A DNA stretch of 60,217 bases, filler included. It is 4 parts of 4 records of this genome, joined end to end, with 100 filler letters (N's around TTAATTAATTAA, not from the genome) between each part and the next. Parts side by side here need not be neighbours in the genome. Positions count along the whole stretch, not along the records: positions 44,233 to 60,217 come from SRR31156797_543; 3 more parts are not named here. The stretch is one strand, 5' to 3'. This document shows, in pieces, positions 47,911-57,821 of the stretch. The position numbers and the translations under genes were made by a program. The notes beneath the pieces were generated by a model. It searched no databases. It was not told the DNA's origin and saw only the letters and a list, made by a program, of their open reading frames with translations. The first letter of the stretch is position 1. Each line of letters opens with the position of its first letter.

Positions 47911-49213
47911 CTCCTTTCTTTTCTTCCTTTTTGCGCCTTTTGGCAGAGGCCATAAACCGTGTCAGGTCCATTTCGGGCAGGTCCAGCGGTGCTTTGTTGC
48001 CAAAATGGTTCCACAGGTCTTTCGCATCACTGATGCCGATTTCCGTTGCGGTCTTGACCAGGGCCAACTGTTCACGGGCCAGATCCAGGGTTCCGATGGC
48101 GCGTAGCGTTGCGAATTGGTCGCGCGGCAAATCCAGGATTTTTAAAATCCGGGATCGAAAAGCTGAGATTTTGTCGCTAACCAGAAAATTGCCGTCATTT
48201 AGAATATATCTGTGTTTACCTCCCGTGGTCCGGTAAATCAGTGCCCGATCGCTGGCGTCAAGCTCTTGTTTTCCGATTTCCTGCTCTATCACTTCCGGAC
48301 CTGTCAGACCGAGACGTCCCAAGGGGTTCATGATCACCGCATCAGCGGAGGCTGCCACAAATCCCATTCCGCCGAAACATCCCACTTTGCCCCCTATGAG
48401 CGCCAGGACCGTAACTTTTCCCCGGGCGTCCTGAAGCAGATCCATCATTTCCGCGTGAGCCAGCAGGCCGGCGTTGGCTTCATGGAGCCTTACGCCGCCG
48501 GTGTCAAAGGAAATGATGATCGCAGGGCGGCGGGATTCAAGAGAAGCCGGATGTTTTGACGCCAATCGGTCATAGCTTTTCAAAGCCAGCTTCATGGCGG
48601 CAACCATTTTGGCGCCCCCCACTTCACCCACTGCGCCACCGATAAACCGGGATTCTTGAGATATGACAAAAACGGGCCTTTTCACCATCAGTCCGATGCC
48701 CGTGACCATTCCATCGTCAAAAGAGACCGCTTCTCCCAGAACCGGCAGGTGGGGGCTGATGGAACGGCTTTTAGGCCCCAGCAATTCAGTGAAGCTCCCT
48801 TCATCAACCAGACCGATGGCTCTCTCCCGTGCGGTAGTCTCGGAAAATATTTCTTTTTGAAGTTCTTCCCATGTGCGGTCGCCTGTAAGCGCTTGATCCA
48901 ATCGCTTAAGATCTTCGAAAGCCTGCCAAAGTCGGGTTCTGACAACCAGCGGCGTGGCGTAATTGTCATTTATTTCCACCAGAACGTTGCCCAGTTTGCT
49001 TTTCTGGAAAAATTGCTGCAGCACAATGAACCAGAGTTTTTCATAACCTTCCGCGGGTGTTTTGACGATGGCCTTTGCATTGCCTTTGAAGTTTCTTTTT
49101 TCTACAAAAATCTCCATATCACCGGAACCGACAACCCCCACATGGGTCGCTGTCTTTGCGGGTTCTTGTGATTCCTTTATTTCAAAATCGAACCGATATT
49201 CTTGAAGCGCCAT
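47891..49213 (-). CDS. mdcCD: Fused malonate decarboxylase acyl-carrier (delta, MdcC) + beta subunit (MdcD)
   Basis: aa ~1-105 carry GVVGSGDME (ACP Ser) and INDNYATP.VV..RL.QA; then ARERA..LVDEGSF.ELLGP, DDG, GGAVGEVGGAK, GGVRLHEAN, GCFGG, GLTGPEVIE. Confidence 0.88.
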   Translation of the reverse strand: MALQEYRFDFEIKESQEPAKTATHVGVVGSGDMEIFVEKRNFKGNAKAIVKTPAEGYEKLWFIVLQQFFQKSKLGNVLVEINDNYATPLVVRTRLWQAFEDLKRLDQALTGDRTWEELQKEIFSETTARERAIGLVDEGSFTELLGPKSRSISPHLPVLGEAVSFDDGMVTGIGLMVKRPVFVISQESRFIGGAVGEVGGAKMVAAMKLALKSYDRLASKHPASLESRRPAIIISFDTGGVRLHEANAGLLAHAEMMDLLQDARGKVTVLALIGGKVGCFGGMGFVAASADAVIMNPLGRLGLTGPEVIEQEIGKQELDASDRALIYRTTGGKHRYILNDGNFLVSDKISAFRSRILKILDLPRDQFATLRAIGTLDLAREQLALVKTATEIGISDAKDLWNHFGNKAPLDLPEMDLTRFMASAKRRKKEEKKGVDAREP

Positions 49214-49225
49214 CTTTTCTCCCCA

Positions 49226-50896
49226 CTACCAGTTGCGAAACCTCGTTGGCGGATGGTACAAACCCTTTGACCAGTTGACCAGATCCTTGACGCTTTTGGC
49301 TGCAAGCAGCGACTTATTGGCCCGGGTATAATCTATATCCAGATCTTCCGGCGTCCGAACCATGCCCCTTCTTCTAAGCTCATGGGTTACCCGGGGATCG
49401 GCTTGGAGACCTGCCTCCGTGTATCCGGCCACGGCTCTTACGGCGGCCGTTCGTTCTTCACTGCTGGTGCATTTGTGCAGATAGGCAATTCCCTCTTCCG
49501 TCACGACATGGGTTAAGTCATCGGCGTAAATCATGACAGGGGGAATGTTAAGGCCTGATTGGCGGGCGAGTTCCCATGCGTCCAGATCTTCAACAAATCC
49601 TGGAGTGAGTTTCTCCCTGAAGGTGTCCTGCAGCTGAACAACCAGTTTTTTCCCACGCGGAATGCCTCCCGTGAGTTCATCGTTCATAGCGTATTCCGTT
49701 CCGCATTTATGCCAGGCGCTTGAATGATGCCGACGTCCTTTTGCATCGCAACCCATGTTGGGAGCACCGCCGAAACCGGTGATTCTGTCTGCGGTGGCCG
49801 TGCTGCTGTTTCCGTGCCGATCAATCTGCAATGTGCCTCCGATGAACATGTCGGTTGCATAATGGCCCGCCATCTGAGCAAACGCCCGATTTGATCGCAA
49901 TGAGCCGTCGGGACCGATGAAAAATATATCAGGGCGCGCCATAACGTATTCTTCCATGCCCAACTCCCCCCCGAAGCAGACGATGGATTCAACCCACCCC
50001 GATTCAATAGCCGGGATAAGGGTGGGATGGGGGTTCAGTGCAAAATGGGTGCAGATTTTTCCCTTGAGTCCCAATTCTTCACCATAGGTCGGTAGAAGCA
50101 GCTCGATTGCCGCAGTGTCGAAACCGATTCCGTGATTGAGACTTTTCACCCCGTATTCGGCGTAAATACCTTTGATGGCCAACATGGCCCTCAGTATCTG
50201 AGCATCGGAAATAAGGGCGGGATCGCGGGTAAACAGCGGTTCCATGTAAAACGGGAAAGGGGACTGGACCACAAAGTCCACCCATTCACCCGGAATATCA
50301 ACACGTTGTACCTTATCAACGATTTCATTGACTTGTGCAACCACAATGCCGTTTTTGAATTTGGTCGCTTCAACGATAACCGGAGTATCCTCCGTGTTGA
50401 AACCGGTGTAAAGATTTCCATGCCTGTCGGCCTGGTAGGCGGCCACCAGGGCTACGCGCGGCGTCAGGTCGACGAATAGCCGGCCGAATAACTCCAGGTA
50501 GGTGTGAATGGCCCCCAATTCTATCTTGCCTTCTTTAACAAAAGTCGCCAGTTTCTCCGCTTGAGGTCCGGCAAAAGCGAAATCCACCTTTTTAGCAATC
50601 CCTTTTTCAAATATCTCCATGTGGCTCGGCAATGCGAGAACCGACTGAATCATGTGAAGATCGGAAACCTTTCGTGCATCGAGCTTGCACAGAGATTCCG
50701 AAAGAAAATCGGCCTGTTTCTGGTTATTTCCTTCAATGGTAATTCTATCTCCAGAATGTACCACCGATTCCAACAGTTCGACCACATTGTCCGGTGAGAC
50801 AATCTTCCCGTTTTCAAGCAGGGACTCGGATGAGGCCAATCTGCGGTCCCTGTCTTTTTTCAGGGAATCCCAGCAGTCTGAATTGTCGTTGCGCAT
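49226..50896 (-). CDS. mdcA: Malonate decarboxylase alpha subunit (malonate/acetyl-ACP transferase)
   Basis: EGNNQKQADFL, IHTYLEL, NTEDTP, LNHGIGFDTAAIELLLPTYGE, GFGGAPNMG, C-terminal PPTRFRNW. Confidence 0.95.
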   Translation of the reverse strand: MRNDNSDCWDSLKKDRDRRLASSESLLENGKIVSPDNVVELLESVVHSGDRITIEGNNQKQADFLSESLCKLDARKVSDLHMIQSVLALPSHMEIFEKGIAKKVDFAFAGPQAEKLATFVKEGKIELGAIHTYLELFGRLFVDLTPRVALVAAYQADRHGNLYTGFNTEDTPVIVEATKFKNGIVVAQVNEIVDKVQRVDIPGEWVDFVVQSPFPFYMEPLFTRDPALISDAQILRAMLAIKGIYAEYGVKSLNHGIGFDTAAIELLLPTYGEELGLKGKICTHFALNPHPTLIPAIESGWVESIVCFGGELGMEEYVMARPDIFFIGPDGSLRSNRAFAQMAGHYATDMFIGGTLQIDRHGNSSTATADRITGFGGAPNMGCDAKGRRHHSSAWHKCGTEYAMNDELTGGIPRGKKLVVQLQDTFREKLTPGFVEDLDAWELARQSGLNIPPVMIYADDLTHVVTEEGIAYLHKCTSSEERTAAVRAVAGYTEAGLQADPRVTHELRRRGMVRTPEDLDIDYTRANKSLLAAKSVKDLVNWSKGLYHPPTRFRNW

Positions 50897-50999
50897 CTAA
50901 AAAAAACCTCAATTGTGGTCGCTATTCACCATTGTGGTATGGCGGTTTTCCTGACGCATCGCGGATTTTCCCGAAGCTCAAAAGTTCCTGCAACCCCGA

Positions 51000-51035
51000 A
51001 ATTTTGACAGCGGCTTTCAAACCGCTGTCAAAATT
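51000..51035 (-). terminator. Probable intrinsic terminator / stem-loop between dctP and mdcA
   Basis: Perfect 14-bp inverted repeat AATTTTGACAGCGG-N8-CCGCTGTCAAAATT, 60 nt downstream of the dctP stop; the U-tract is short. Confidence 0.65.
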
Positions 51036-51094
51036 AAGGTTTTCAATCAATGAACTTCTTGTTTTTTATGACGGAAAACCAGGCGATAAGGTCC

Positions 51095-52186
51095 CTATAG
51101 GAAATATTTTTTGAAATATTTTGAACGTTCGGCATAAAGTCGACTTTCGTATAATTCCCTATAGCCCGACGCTTTTTTGGAGAAGGCAAAGAAGCTGTCC
51201 TGTACTTTAGCAACCGTCTTGCTCTTCGCCCGCGCTTCATCCATCACTTCTTTACTTGCCTTGCGCAAAGCATCCCAGACGGAATCGGGATATTCACCAA
51301 TGGTGACTGTTTTCACCGATCTAATTTTTTCCAATGCTATTACGCTGGCATACAGGTTATCGGCATGGAGGAGATCGGTTTCCGCTCCGGCAGCAACCTC
51401 AATGATGAGTTGAAGGTGTTTATCCAAGCTGTCCCAGGCCTTTTTATTGATGCCAAATTCGATTCCACCGTGGATGTCCGAGAAAGAAGGCGTGTACATA
51501 TGGGTCATGACTTTTTGGAAACCGAAAGCCAAATCCTGAGCAGGACCAACCCATTCAGCTGCATCCAGCGCACCACTTTGCAGGGACGGGAATATTTCAC
51601 TGGGTGGCATAGAGACAGGGTTCACACCGATTTTTTTCATGACTTGAGCCCCAAACCCGGTGATACGGAAGTTCAGACCCTGCATGTCTGAGAGGGATTT
51701 GATTTCTTTCTTAAACCAACCGCCGGTTTGAACACCCGTACCGCCTCCTGTGAAGACTTTAAGACCACGGGGCAGGGTGAAGTCATCCCATAGTTTTTGG
51801 CCGCCACCATGGCGGAGCCAGGCGTTAAACTCAGTATAATCCAGACCGAACGGTACAACGGAGAAAAAACTATGGGCGGGGTCACGTCCGGCGAACCATG
51901 AGCCGGAACCGTGATAGATTTCCGCAATACCGTTTTCCACGGCTTCCTGCGTGGCGAAGGGTGGAACCAACTCCCCACCGCCGAACACTTTGATTTTCAG
52001 TTGTCCTCCGGACATTTCGGTGACGCGTTTAGCAAATCGCTCTGCCGAGACGCCTGGTCCCGGTAGCCCTTTGGGCAGGGAGGTCACAAGTTTCCATTTT
52101 TTTGTACCGGCAAGAACGGTTGACGGTGCGATAAGAGCGGCTGCCCCCGCAACTGCGGTACCTTTGATAAAGTCGCGTCTTTTCAT
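51095..52186 (-). CDS. dctP: TRAP transporter substrate-binding protein (DctP, TakP-like) with Tat signal
   Basis: MKRRDFIKG twin-arginine signal, GGELVP, GGWFKKEI.S..D..GL.FR, LDAAEWVGP..D. Confidence 0.9.
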   Translation of the reverse strand: MKRRDFIKGTAVAGAAALIAPSTVLAGTKKWKLVTSLPKGLPGPGVSAERFAKRVTEMSGGQLKIKVFGGGELVPPFATQEAVENGIAEIYHGSGSWFAGRDPAHSFFSVVPFGLDYTEFNAWLRHGGGQKLWDDFTLPRGLKVFTGGGTGVQTGGWFKKEIKSLSDMQGLNFRITGFGAQVMKKIGVNPVSMPPSEIFPSLQSGALDAAEWVGPAQDLAFGFQKVMTHMYTPSFSDIHGGIEFGINKKAWDSLDKHLQLIIEVAAGAETDLLHADNLYASVIALEKIRSVKTVTIGEYPDSVWDALRKASKEVMDEARAKSKTVAKVQDSFFAFSKKASGYRELYESRLYAERSKYFKKYFL

Positions 52187-52232
52187 GATGTCTCCTTTCT
52201 AAATTGGGTTAATATTTCACCTGCCAAATACA

Positions 52233-53807
52233 CTACTTGTAAATTACTCCCGGCAACCAGGTTGCGATTCCTGGAAAAACGGCCACCAACCCAAGCGCTA
52301 ACAATTGAATGATGACAAAAGGGATGATCCCCTTATAAATATCCAAAGTTGTCAGGTTTGGCGGCGCCACTGAACGTAGATAAAACAATGAATATCCGAA
52401 AGGCGGTGTCATAAAGGACATTTGCAGATTCAAGCTGATCAGGATTGCGAACCAGACAGGGTCGATGCCCGCTGCCATGAGCGGTGGTCCCGCTATGGGG
52501 ATAACGATAAAGATAATTTCGATATATTCCAGAATAAAACCGAGGAAAAAAATGACGACCATTACGGCCAACAGGGCGGTTGGGGCGCCTCCCGGCAGGG
52601 ATGTTAAAATGTCGGAAACAATGTCGTCTCCCCCCAGACCGCGAAACACCAGGGACAGCATAAAGGCACCGATAACGATCATAAGAATAGATGCCACCAT
52701 GGTTGCCGTCATTTTAGCCACCAGGAATAGATCACCGTTACGAAGTTCCTGGTACACGGCAACTAAAAATCCACAGATCAAAACCAAAAAAGCACCGCTT
52801 CCGACGATCAGCCTTATGTTTACACCGCTATGCATCGGTATTGTACCCGTCAAACGCAGGAGCAGCAGCGCCAAAGCCGAAACCCACACGGCAATATAGG
52901 ATCGACGAATCCATTTGGATATGTCCTGTCGATTCAATCCGACCAATAACAACGCGCCTCCGGCACCCAATGCTGCCGATTCCGTGGGTGTTGCCACCCC
53001 TCCCAATATGGACCCCAGCACCAATACGATCAGCATCAAGGGCGCAAGCAGCGCTTGTACAATGTTCTTGAATGTAAGCGTATCCCCCATTCCTTCAATC
53101 TGCGCCACCTTGATCGGAGGACAGCTTTTCGGGCGCAGGTGGGAGATGATGAAAGTGTAGAGCAGATAGAGCCCTACGAGCAGCAATCCCGGCAGCATGG
53201 CGCCGGCGAAAAGATCGCCGACAGATACCGGATCCGCTGCCCATTCGCCCGCGGCGCGGCGGCCGCTTTGATAAGCCGTAGAGACCTGATCCGTCAGCAA
53301 AATCAAAAGAATGGATGGCGGAATGATTTGACCCAGCGAGCCGGAGGCGCATATCACCCCCGCTGATAAACGATTTGAGTAATTGCCTTTCATCATGGCG
53401 GGCAAAACGATCAATCCCATCATAAAAACCGTTGCGGCTATTAAACCGGTTGAGGCCGCCAGAAGAGCACCGACGATAATCACGGCATAAGCCATGCCGC
53501 CGTGTCTATTGCCAAACAAAGCCCCGGCTGTAAGCATCATCTTTTTGGCGATTTGCGACTTTTCCAATAATGCGCCCATAAGGACAAAAAGGGGTACGGA
53601 AATAATGACCGGGTTTGTCAGGATTCCAAAAACTCGCGAGGGGAACGCAGCCAGGAAAGCAATATCGAAAACATCGAAGATCGCTCCGATCACAGCCAAC
53701 AAAAAGGGAACCGCCATCAGCACAAAGGAAACCGGAAGGCCTGAGAGAATACCGCCCAGAAGGGTGATGGTAAGGACAATTAGCATAACCTCATGAACGC
53801 TCATCAT
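52233..53807 (-). CDS. dctM: TRAP transporter large permease
   Basis: PLFVLMG, ASGSLGQIIPPS, ATPTESAA, TPPFG.SLFYL; many TM helices. Confidence 0.92.
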   Translation of the reverse strand: MMSVHEVMLIVLTITLLGGILSGLPVSFVLMAVPFLLAVIGAIFDVFDIAFLAAFPSRVFGILTNPVIISVPLFVLMGALLEKSQIAKKMMLTAGALFGNRHGGMAYAVIIVGALLAASTGLIAATVFMMGLIVLPAMMKGNYSNRLSAGVICASGSLGQIIPPSILLILLTDQVSTAYQSGRRAAGEWAADPVSVGDLFAGAMLPGLLLVGLYLLYTFIISHLRPKSCPPIKVAQIEGMGDTLTFKNIVQALLAPLMLIVLVLGSILGGVATPTESAALGAGGALLLVGLNRQDISKWIRRSYIAVWVSALALLLLRLTGTIPMHSGVNIRLIVGSGAFLVLICGFLVAVYQELRNGDLFLVAKMTATMVASILMIVIGAFMLSLVFRGLGGDDIVSDILTSLPGGAPTALLAVMVVIFFLGFILEYIEIIFIVIPIAGPPLMAAGIDPVWFAILISLNLQMSFMTPPFGYSLFYLRSVAPPNLTTLDIYKGIIPFVIIQLLALGLVAVFPGIATWLPGVIYK

Positions 53808-54319
53808 ACCTCCTCATCCGATTTATTCTGGTAAATCCAAGGCTGCTTTTTCAGCGCAAGAACCAACGAAATCAGGGACATGCCGGAAAAGCACAAGAAA
53901 AGAATGGTTTTAAGCAAGAAATAACCCGGCAGACCATCAAGGGTCGGAGATGATTCAAGCAGGCGCCAGGAATTAAGCATGGGGCCCCAGGTAACATAGG
54001 CCGCATAGCCGGCTGAGGGAAAAAGCAAAAATGCGAGTCCGAATCGATCTAAAACCGTCTTCTTTTCAGGGCTGTAGCCATGGTAAAACACGTCAACCCG
54101 CACATTATGGTTTTCCAAAATTACCAAGGGGAGCGGCAAGAGCGATCCAACCAGAAACAGATAGACCAAAAGGTCGAGTCCCCAGGATACCCCATAGGAA
54201 AATATATAACGAAGAATCACTATTACGACCTGAATAACGCCAAGCGCAATGATCGCTGCACCCGCAACGGATAAGGCGCCGTTGGCTATCCTGCTTAACA
54301 CTCCATTTTGCTCTGTCAT
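53804..54319 (-). CDS. dctQ: TRAP transporter small permease
   Basis: Four TM helices, V.LRY.F, HNVRVDVFY; ATGA-type overlap with dctM. Confidence 0.85.
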   Translation of the reverse strand: MTEQNGVLSRIANGALSVAGAAIIALGVIQVVIVILRYIFSYGVSWGLDLLVYLFLVGSLLPLPLVILENHNVRVDVFYHGYSPEKKTVLDRFGLAFLLFPSAGYAAYVTWGPMLNSWRLLESSPTLDGLPGYFLLKTILFLCFSGMSLISLVLALKKQPWIYQNKSDEEV

Positions 54320-54343
54320 GAAGGCTCCTTATGAGATTCATAT

Positions 54344-54457
54344 TCAACCGTTGGTTCCTGTTTGCTTCTCGACCATGGCAGGAACATCATTTATGTTGAT
54401 CACCTCCTTCCCCATGCTATTCATCACCGCATCTACCGTTTTTAATGTTTTATTCAT
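54344..54457 (-). pseudogene. Short ORF, probable internal remnant of a 3-hydroxyacyl-CoA dehydrogenase
   Basis: MNKTLKTVDAVMNSMGKEVININDVP.. resembles the conserved T...V..+...+GK..+.+.D.PGF segment of that family. Confidence 0.35.
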
Positions 54458-54475
54458 ATTCCCCACCCCAACTTA

Positions 54476-55978
54476 TTAAGACAAGGGAGGGACTCTCTTC
54501 GTCAACTCAGATACCTGTTCATAAGCGTTGGCAAGCTGCAGAACTTTCAAATCCTTTGTCGCGGGACCCATTATCTGCATGCCCATGGGCAATCCTATGC
54601 TATTGAATCCCACCGGAACCGTTATGATAGGGCAGCCCGAAAGTGTTCCCGGTATGGTGATTTCCATCCAACGATGGTAGGTATCCATGGTTTTCCCCGC
54701 CACCTCTTTCGGCCAATGAATATTAGCATCAAAGGGGAAAACCTGGGCTGCTGGGAGCAGCAGATAATCGTATCGGGTAAAGAGACCGGCAACCGTTTGG
54801 TACCATTCTGAACGATCAACCGATGCATGATATGCATCAGAGGCATTCAGGGCGAGTCCTCCCTCAATTTCCCATATGGCCTCCGGTTTCATTTTATCGC
54901 GGTTTTCTATTTTGGCATACAATGGTCCGGCGATACCGGCAATTAGCCAGTGACGTAGGGTAAGCCAGGTCCGCCATAATTTTTCCATCGGATAATCAAC
55001 TGTCAAGGACTCCACCATGCAACCCAGGCGTTCAAAGTGTTTAAGTGAGCTTTGACACATCTCAAGGATACCCGGTTCCATCGGTAGATAGCCGTTGAAA
55101 TCACCTAGCCAGGCAATTTTTTTGCCTTTCATATCAACCTGTAAGTTGCCTGCAAACTGCCGTGGATCTTCACTGATTGACAAGGGTATGCGAGAATCAA
55201 AACCTGCCATGGTTGACAAGAGCATGGCAGTATCTCTCACGGTGCGTCCCATGGGCCCTTCATAGCCCAATTGCTGCGAGAAAATTTCTGTTGTAGGCCC
55301 AAAAGGAACGCGACCAAAGGAGGGCCGAAAACCGATGATGTTGTTATAAGCGGCCGGGTTTCTAAGGGAACCCATCATATCGCTGCCGTCCGCCACGGGA
55401 AGCATCCTTGTTGCAAGGGCAACAGAGGCGCCGCCACTGCTGCCGCCCGCACACAATTTAGGATCATAGGCGTTATAGGTGGTTCCAAATACATTGTTGT
55501 AGGTTTGTGAACCCAATCCGAATTCAGGCGTATTGGTTTTACCAATAATAATAGCACCGGCTTTTTTTAATCGCTCAACAAAGATGGCATCATGCTTTGT
55601 GATCTCATTTGCCAATAGCGGCGACCCCATGGTTGTGGGGATGCCTTTAGTCGCTGCGAGGTCTTTTACGGCATGGGGAAAGCCGTGCATCCAGCCATGA
55701 TAAATATCTTTAGCGAGTTCTGAATCTTTTTGAACAGCTTCGGAAAGCAGCTCATCACGATTACGCAGAGATATGATTGCATTAAATGTCGGATTAACCT
55801 TGTCAATTTGGGCAAGATAGGATTTCATTACATCCAAACATGACACGGCCTTGTTTTTGATGGCATCCGATAATTCCACAGCGTTGAGATCGACGATATC
55901 CGATAGGGTCCCTTCACCGGCACCTGCGGAAAAAGGGTGGTCCTTGTTAATGCTCTCCGGATCTTTTTGATTATTCAA
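54476..55978 (-). CDS. Amidase-signature family amidase
   Basis: AVKDL (Lys), GKTNTPEFG, GGSSGG (cis-Ser), GSDMMGSLRNPA (Ser nucleophile); TTG start with AAGGAG upstream. Confidence 0.92.
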   Translation of the reverse strand: MNNQKDPESINKDHPFSAGAGEGTLSDIVDLNAVELSDAIKNKAVSCLDVMKSYLAQIDKVNPTFNAIISLRNRDELLSEAVQKDSELAKDIYHGWMHGFPHAVKDLAATKGIPTTMGSPLLANEITKHDAIFVERLKKAGAIIIGKTNTPEFGLGSQTYNNVFGTTYNAYDPKLCAGGSSGGASVALATRMLPVADGSDMMGSLRNPAAYNNIIGFRPSFGRVPFGPTTEIFSQQLGYEGPMGRTVRDTAMLLSTMAGFDSRIPLSISEDPRQFAGNLQVDMKGKKIAWLGDFNGYLPMEPGILEMCQSSLKHFERLGCMVESLTVDYPMEKLWRTWLTLRHWLIAGIAGPLYAKIENRDKMKPEAIWEIEGGLALNASDAYHASVDRSEWYQTVAGLFTRYDYLLLPAAQVFPFDANIHWPKEVAGKTMDTYHRWMEITIPGTLSGCPIITVPVGFNSIGLPMGMQIMGPATKDLKVLQLANAYEQVSELTKRVPPLS

Positions 55979-56001
55979 AACCTTAGGCTCCTTAATCCGG
56001 A

Positions 56002-57720
56002 TCAGTCAAATGCACCGCCGCTTTCGTCAAAGACGATCTCGCCGCCGACAAGGGTCATCAGTACCGGGATTTCACCGATTTTGTGAGCATCAACGGAAAG
56101 AATATCATCTCCGATAATACAAAAATCAGCGAATTTACCCACCTCTATGGACCCCTTTGCTTCTTCCATATGGTCTTGCCAGGCGCCGTTTATGGTATAG
56201 GTGCGGATGGCCTCTTCCACGGTAATGCACTCTTCCGGACCACTCACCTTTCCGGAAACCAAACCTTCTCTCAAAACCGCGGCCTGAACGCCCAACCGCC
56301 AATTGGGGTAGGTGACCGGAGCGTCGGAGTTGCTTGTGAGGTTAATGCCGGCATCCAGCACCGTCCGTGTGGGCCACTCGTAGGCTGCTCGTTCTTCTCC
56401 GATTACGGCAGGTTCAAAGTCGGCGATCATGGCACTGATGAAAGGCTGCATGGCGATTCCGCAGTCCAATTTGGCCATGAGTTCGGCTTTTTCCGGACTT
56501 ATAAGGTCTCCATGGATGACATAGTGACGAGGATCATCTCGGGGCATTTCCTTAATGGCTTCCGCAAAACCGTCCAGTGCGGTGTCAATAGCCCTGTCTC
56601 CCGTGGCGTGAATGCCGATCTGAAAATCATGCCGGTGCACCAGTTTGATCATTGCAACGAGATTATCGTATTGCTCCTGGTCAGTATCTCCGGGGATGAC
56701 CGATCTGCCGTGACCCGCGTCTCCGCTCACATAATCCTCGTTCATCCATGAGGTGTAGGTCAGCGGGATGCCGTCGGCGAAAATCTTAACGCCCGGAAAC
56801 TGAAGCCGGGCTTTGTCCAGGTTCGTCGGGACCTTAAAGGTCTCAAGGCCGTTTTTGAGATCCTCATAAGTCAGGGAACCATAATCTCCCAGGAGTAACA
56901 AAGCGGTGACACGGGCCGTCAGTTTCCCCTCTTTCAGCAGTTCCTGGTAAAGATCGACGAAATCGGCACTCATGACGCCATATAGGAATGTCTCGCCCCC
57001 GGGGCCGATGGCAGCGTCCGTGAAACTTGTCACCCCATTGGCATTGAGGTGGGTCAGAGCTGTCAGCAGCGCCGTTTTCTTCTCCTCCCGGGTCAATAGG
57101 GGCACATACGCTGACACGAGCGCCTGGGCCCCGGGCTCTTTGAAAATGCCGGTTGGCTCTCCGTTTTCATCCCTTTCCATCTCGCCTGACGGCGGGTCGG
57201 GCGTGTCCTTGGTGATTCCGGCTATCTCGAGCGCCTTGCTGTTGACCAGCAAGGTATGGACCGAAAAATCCGTAAAGGCGACCGGGTGGTCCGGCGACAC
57301 GGCATCCAGATCCCACTTCCTGGGCAGCATGGAGGGATCATTTTTGCATTCTTCAAGGGAACCCTGGTCCCAACCGAAGCCGCGAATCCAGTCGCCTGGT
57401 TTGGCCTTTTCCACTTCACTTCCAAGCGTATCCACCAACTCCGGGATCGACTTAACCGCCGGATAGGTTAGATCAAGGGCGAGGGGCGGTCTGGTAGCTC
57501 CGAAAAAGGGCGCATGCATGTGTGACTCGTTGATGCCGGGAAGAATTGTTTTTCCCTTGAGATCCAGGATTTTGGTGTCGGACCCTATGAATGCCTTTAT
57601 TTCGTCATTTGCGCCGACAAACAAAATTTTACCATCCTGAACAGCCACCGCCTGCTTGATACTAAAGTCTTTGTCTACAGTGATGACTTTGCCGTTGGTG
57701 ATAACTAAATCAGCTTCCAT
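56002..57720 (-). CDS. YtcJ-like metal-dependent amidohydrolase (Amidohydro_3)
   Basis: PGINESHMH, GFGWD, KIFADG, HATGDRA, VIHG, NSDAPV, YTINGA, GSIEVGKFADF; ATG 57720 with GGAGGG ribosome-binding site. Confidence 0.9.
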   Translation of the reverse strand: MEADLVITNGKVITVDKDFSIKQAVAVQDGKILFVGANDEIKAFIGSDTKILDLKGKTILPGINESHMHAPFFGATRPPLALDLTYPAVKSIPELVDTLGSEVEKAKPGDWIRGFGWDQGSLEECKNDPSMLPRKWDLDAVSPDHPVAFTDFSVHTLLVNSKALEIAGITKDTPDPPSGEMERDENGEPTGIFKEPGAQALVSAYVPLLTREEKKTALLTALTHLNANGVTSFTDAAIGPGGETFLYGVMSADFVDLYQELLKEGKLTARVTALLLLGDYGSLTYEDLKNGLETFKVPTNLDKARLQFPGVKIFADGIPLTYTSWMNEDYVSGDAGHGRSVIPGDTDQEQYDNLVAMIKLVHRHDFQIGIHATGDRAIDTALDGFAEAIKEMPRDDPRHYVIHGDLISPEKAELMAKLDCGIAMQPFISAMIADFEPAVIGEERAAYEWPTRTVLDAGINLTSNSDAPVTYPNWRLGVQAAVLREGLVSGKVSGPEECITVEEAIRTYTINGAWQDHMEEAKGSIEVGKFADFCIIGDDILSVDAHKIGEIPVLMTLVGGEIVFDESGGAFD

Positions 57721-57821
57721 GTTGTTCCCTCCCTTCAATTTGGTTTGATTAATGAGTCATGCTTCCACCTTTCGGGGCAGATCATGTGTTAAAATGGCCT
57801 GCATTATTATTTGGACTCCAT

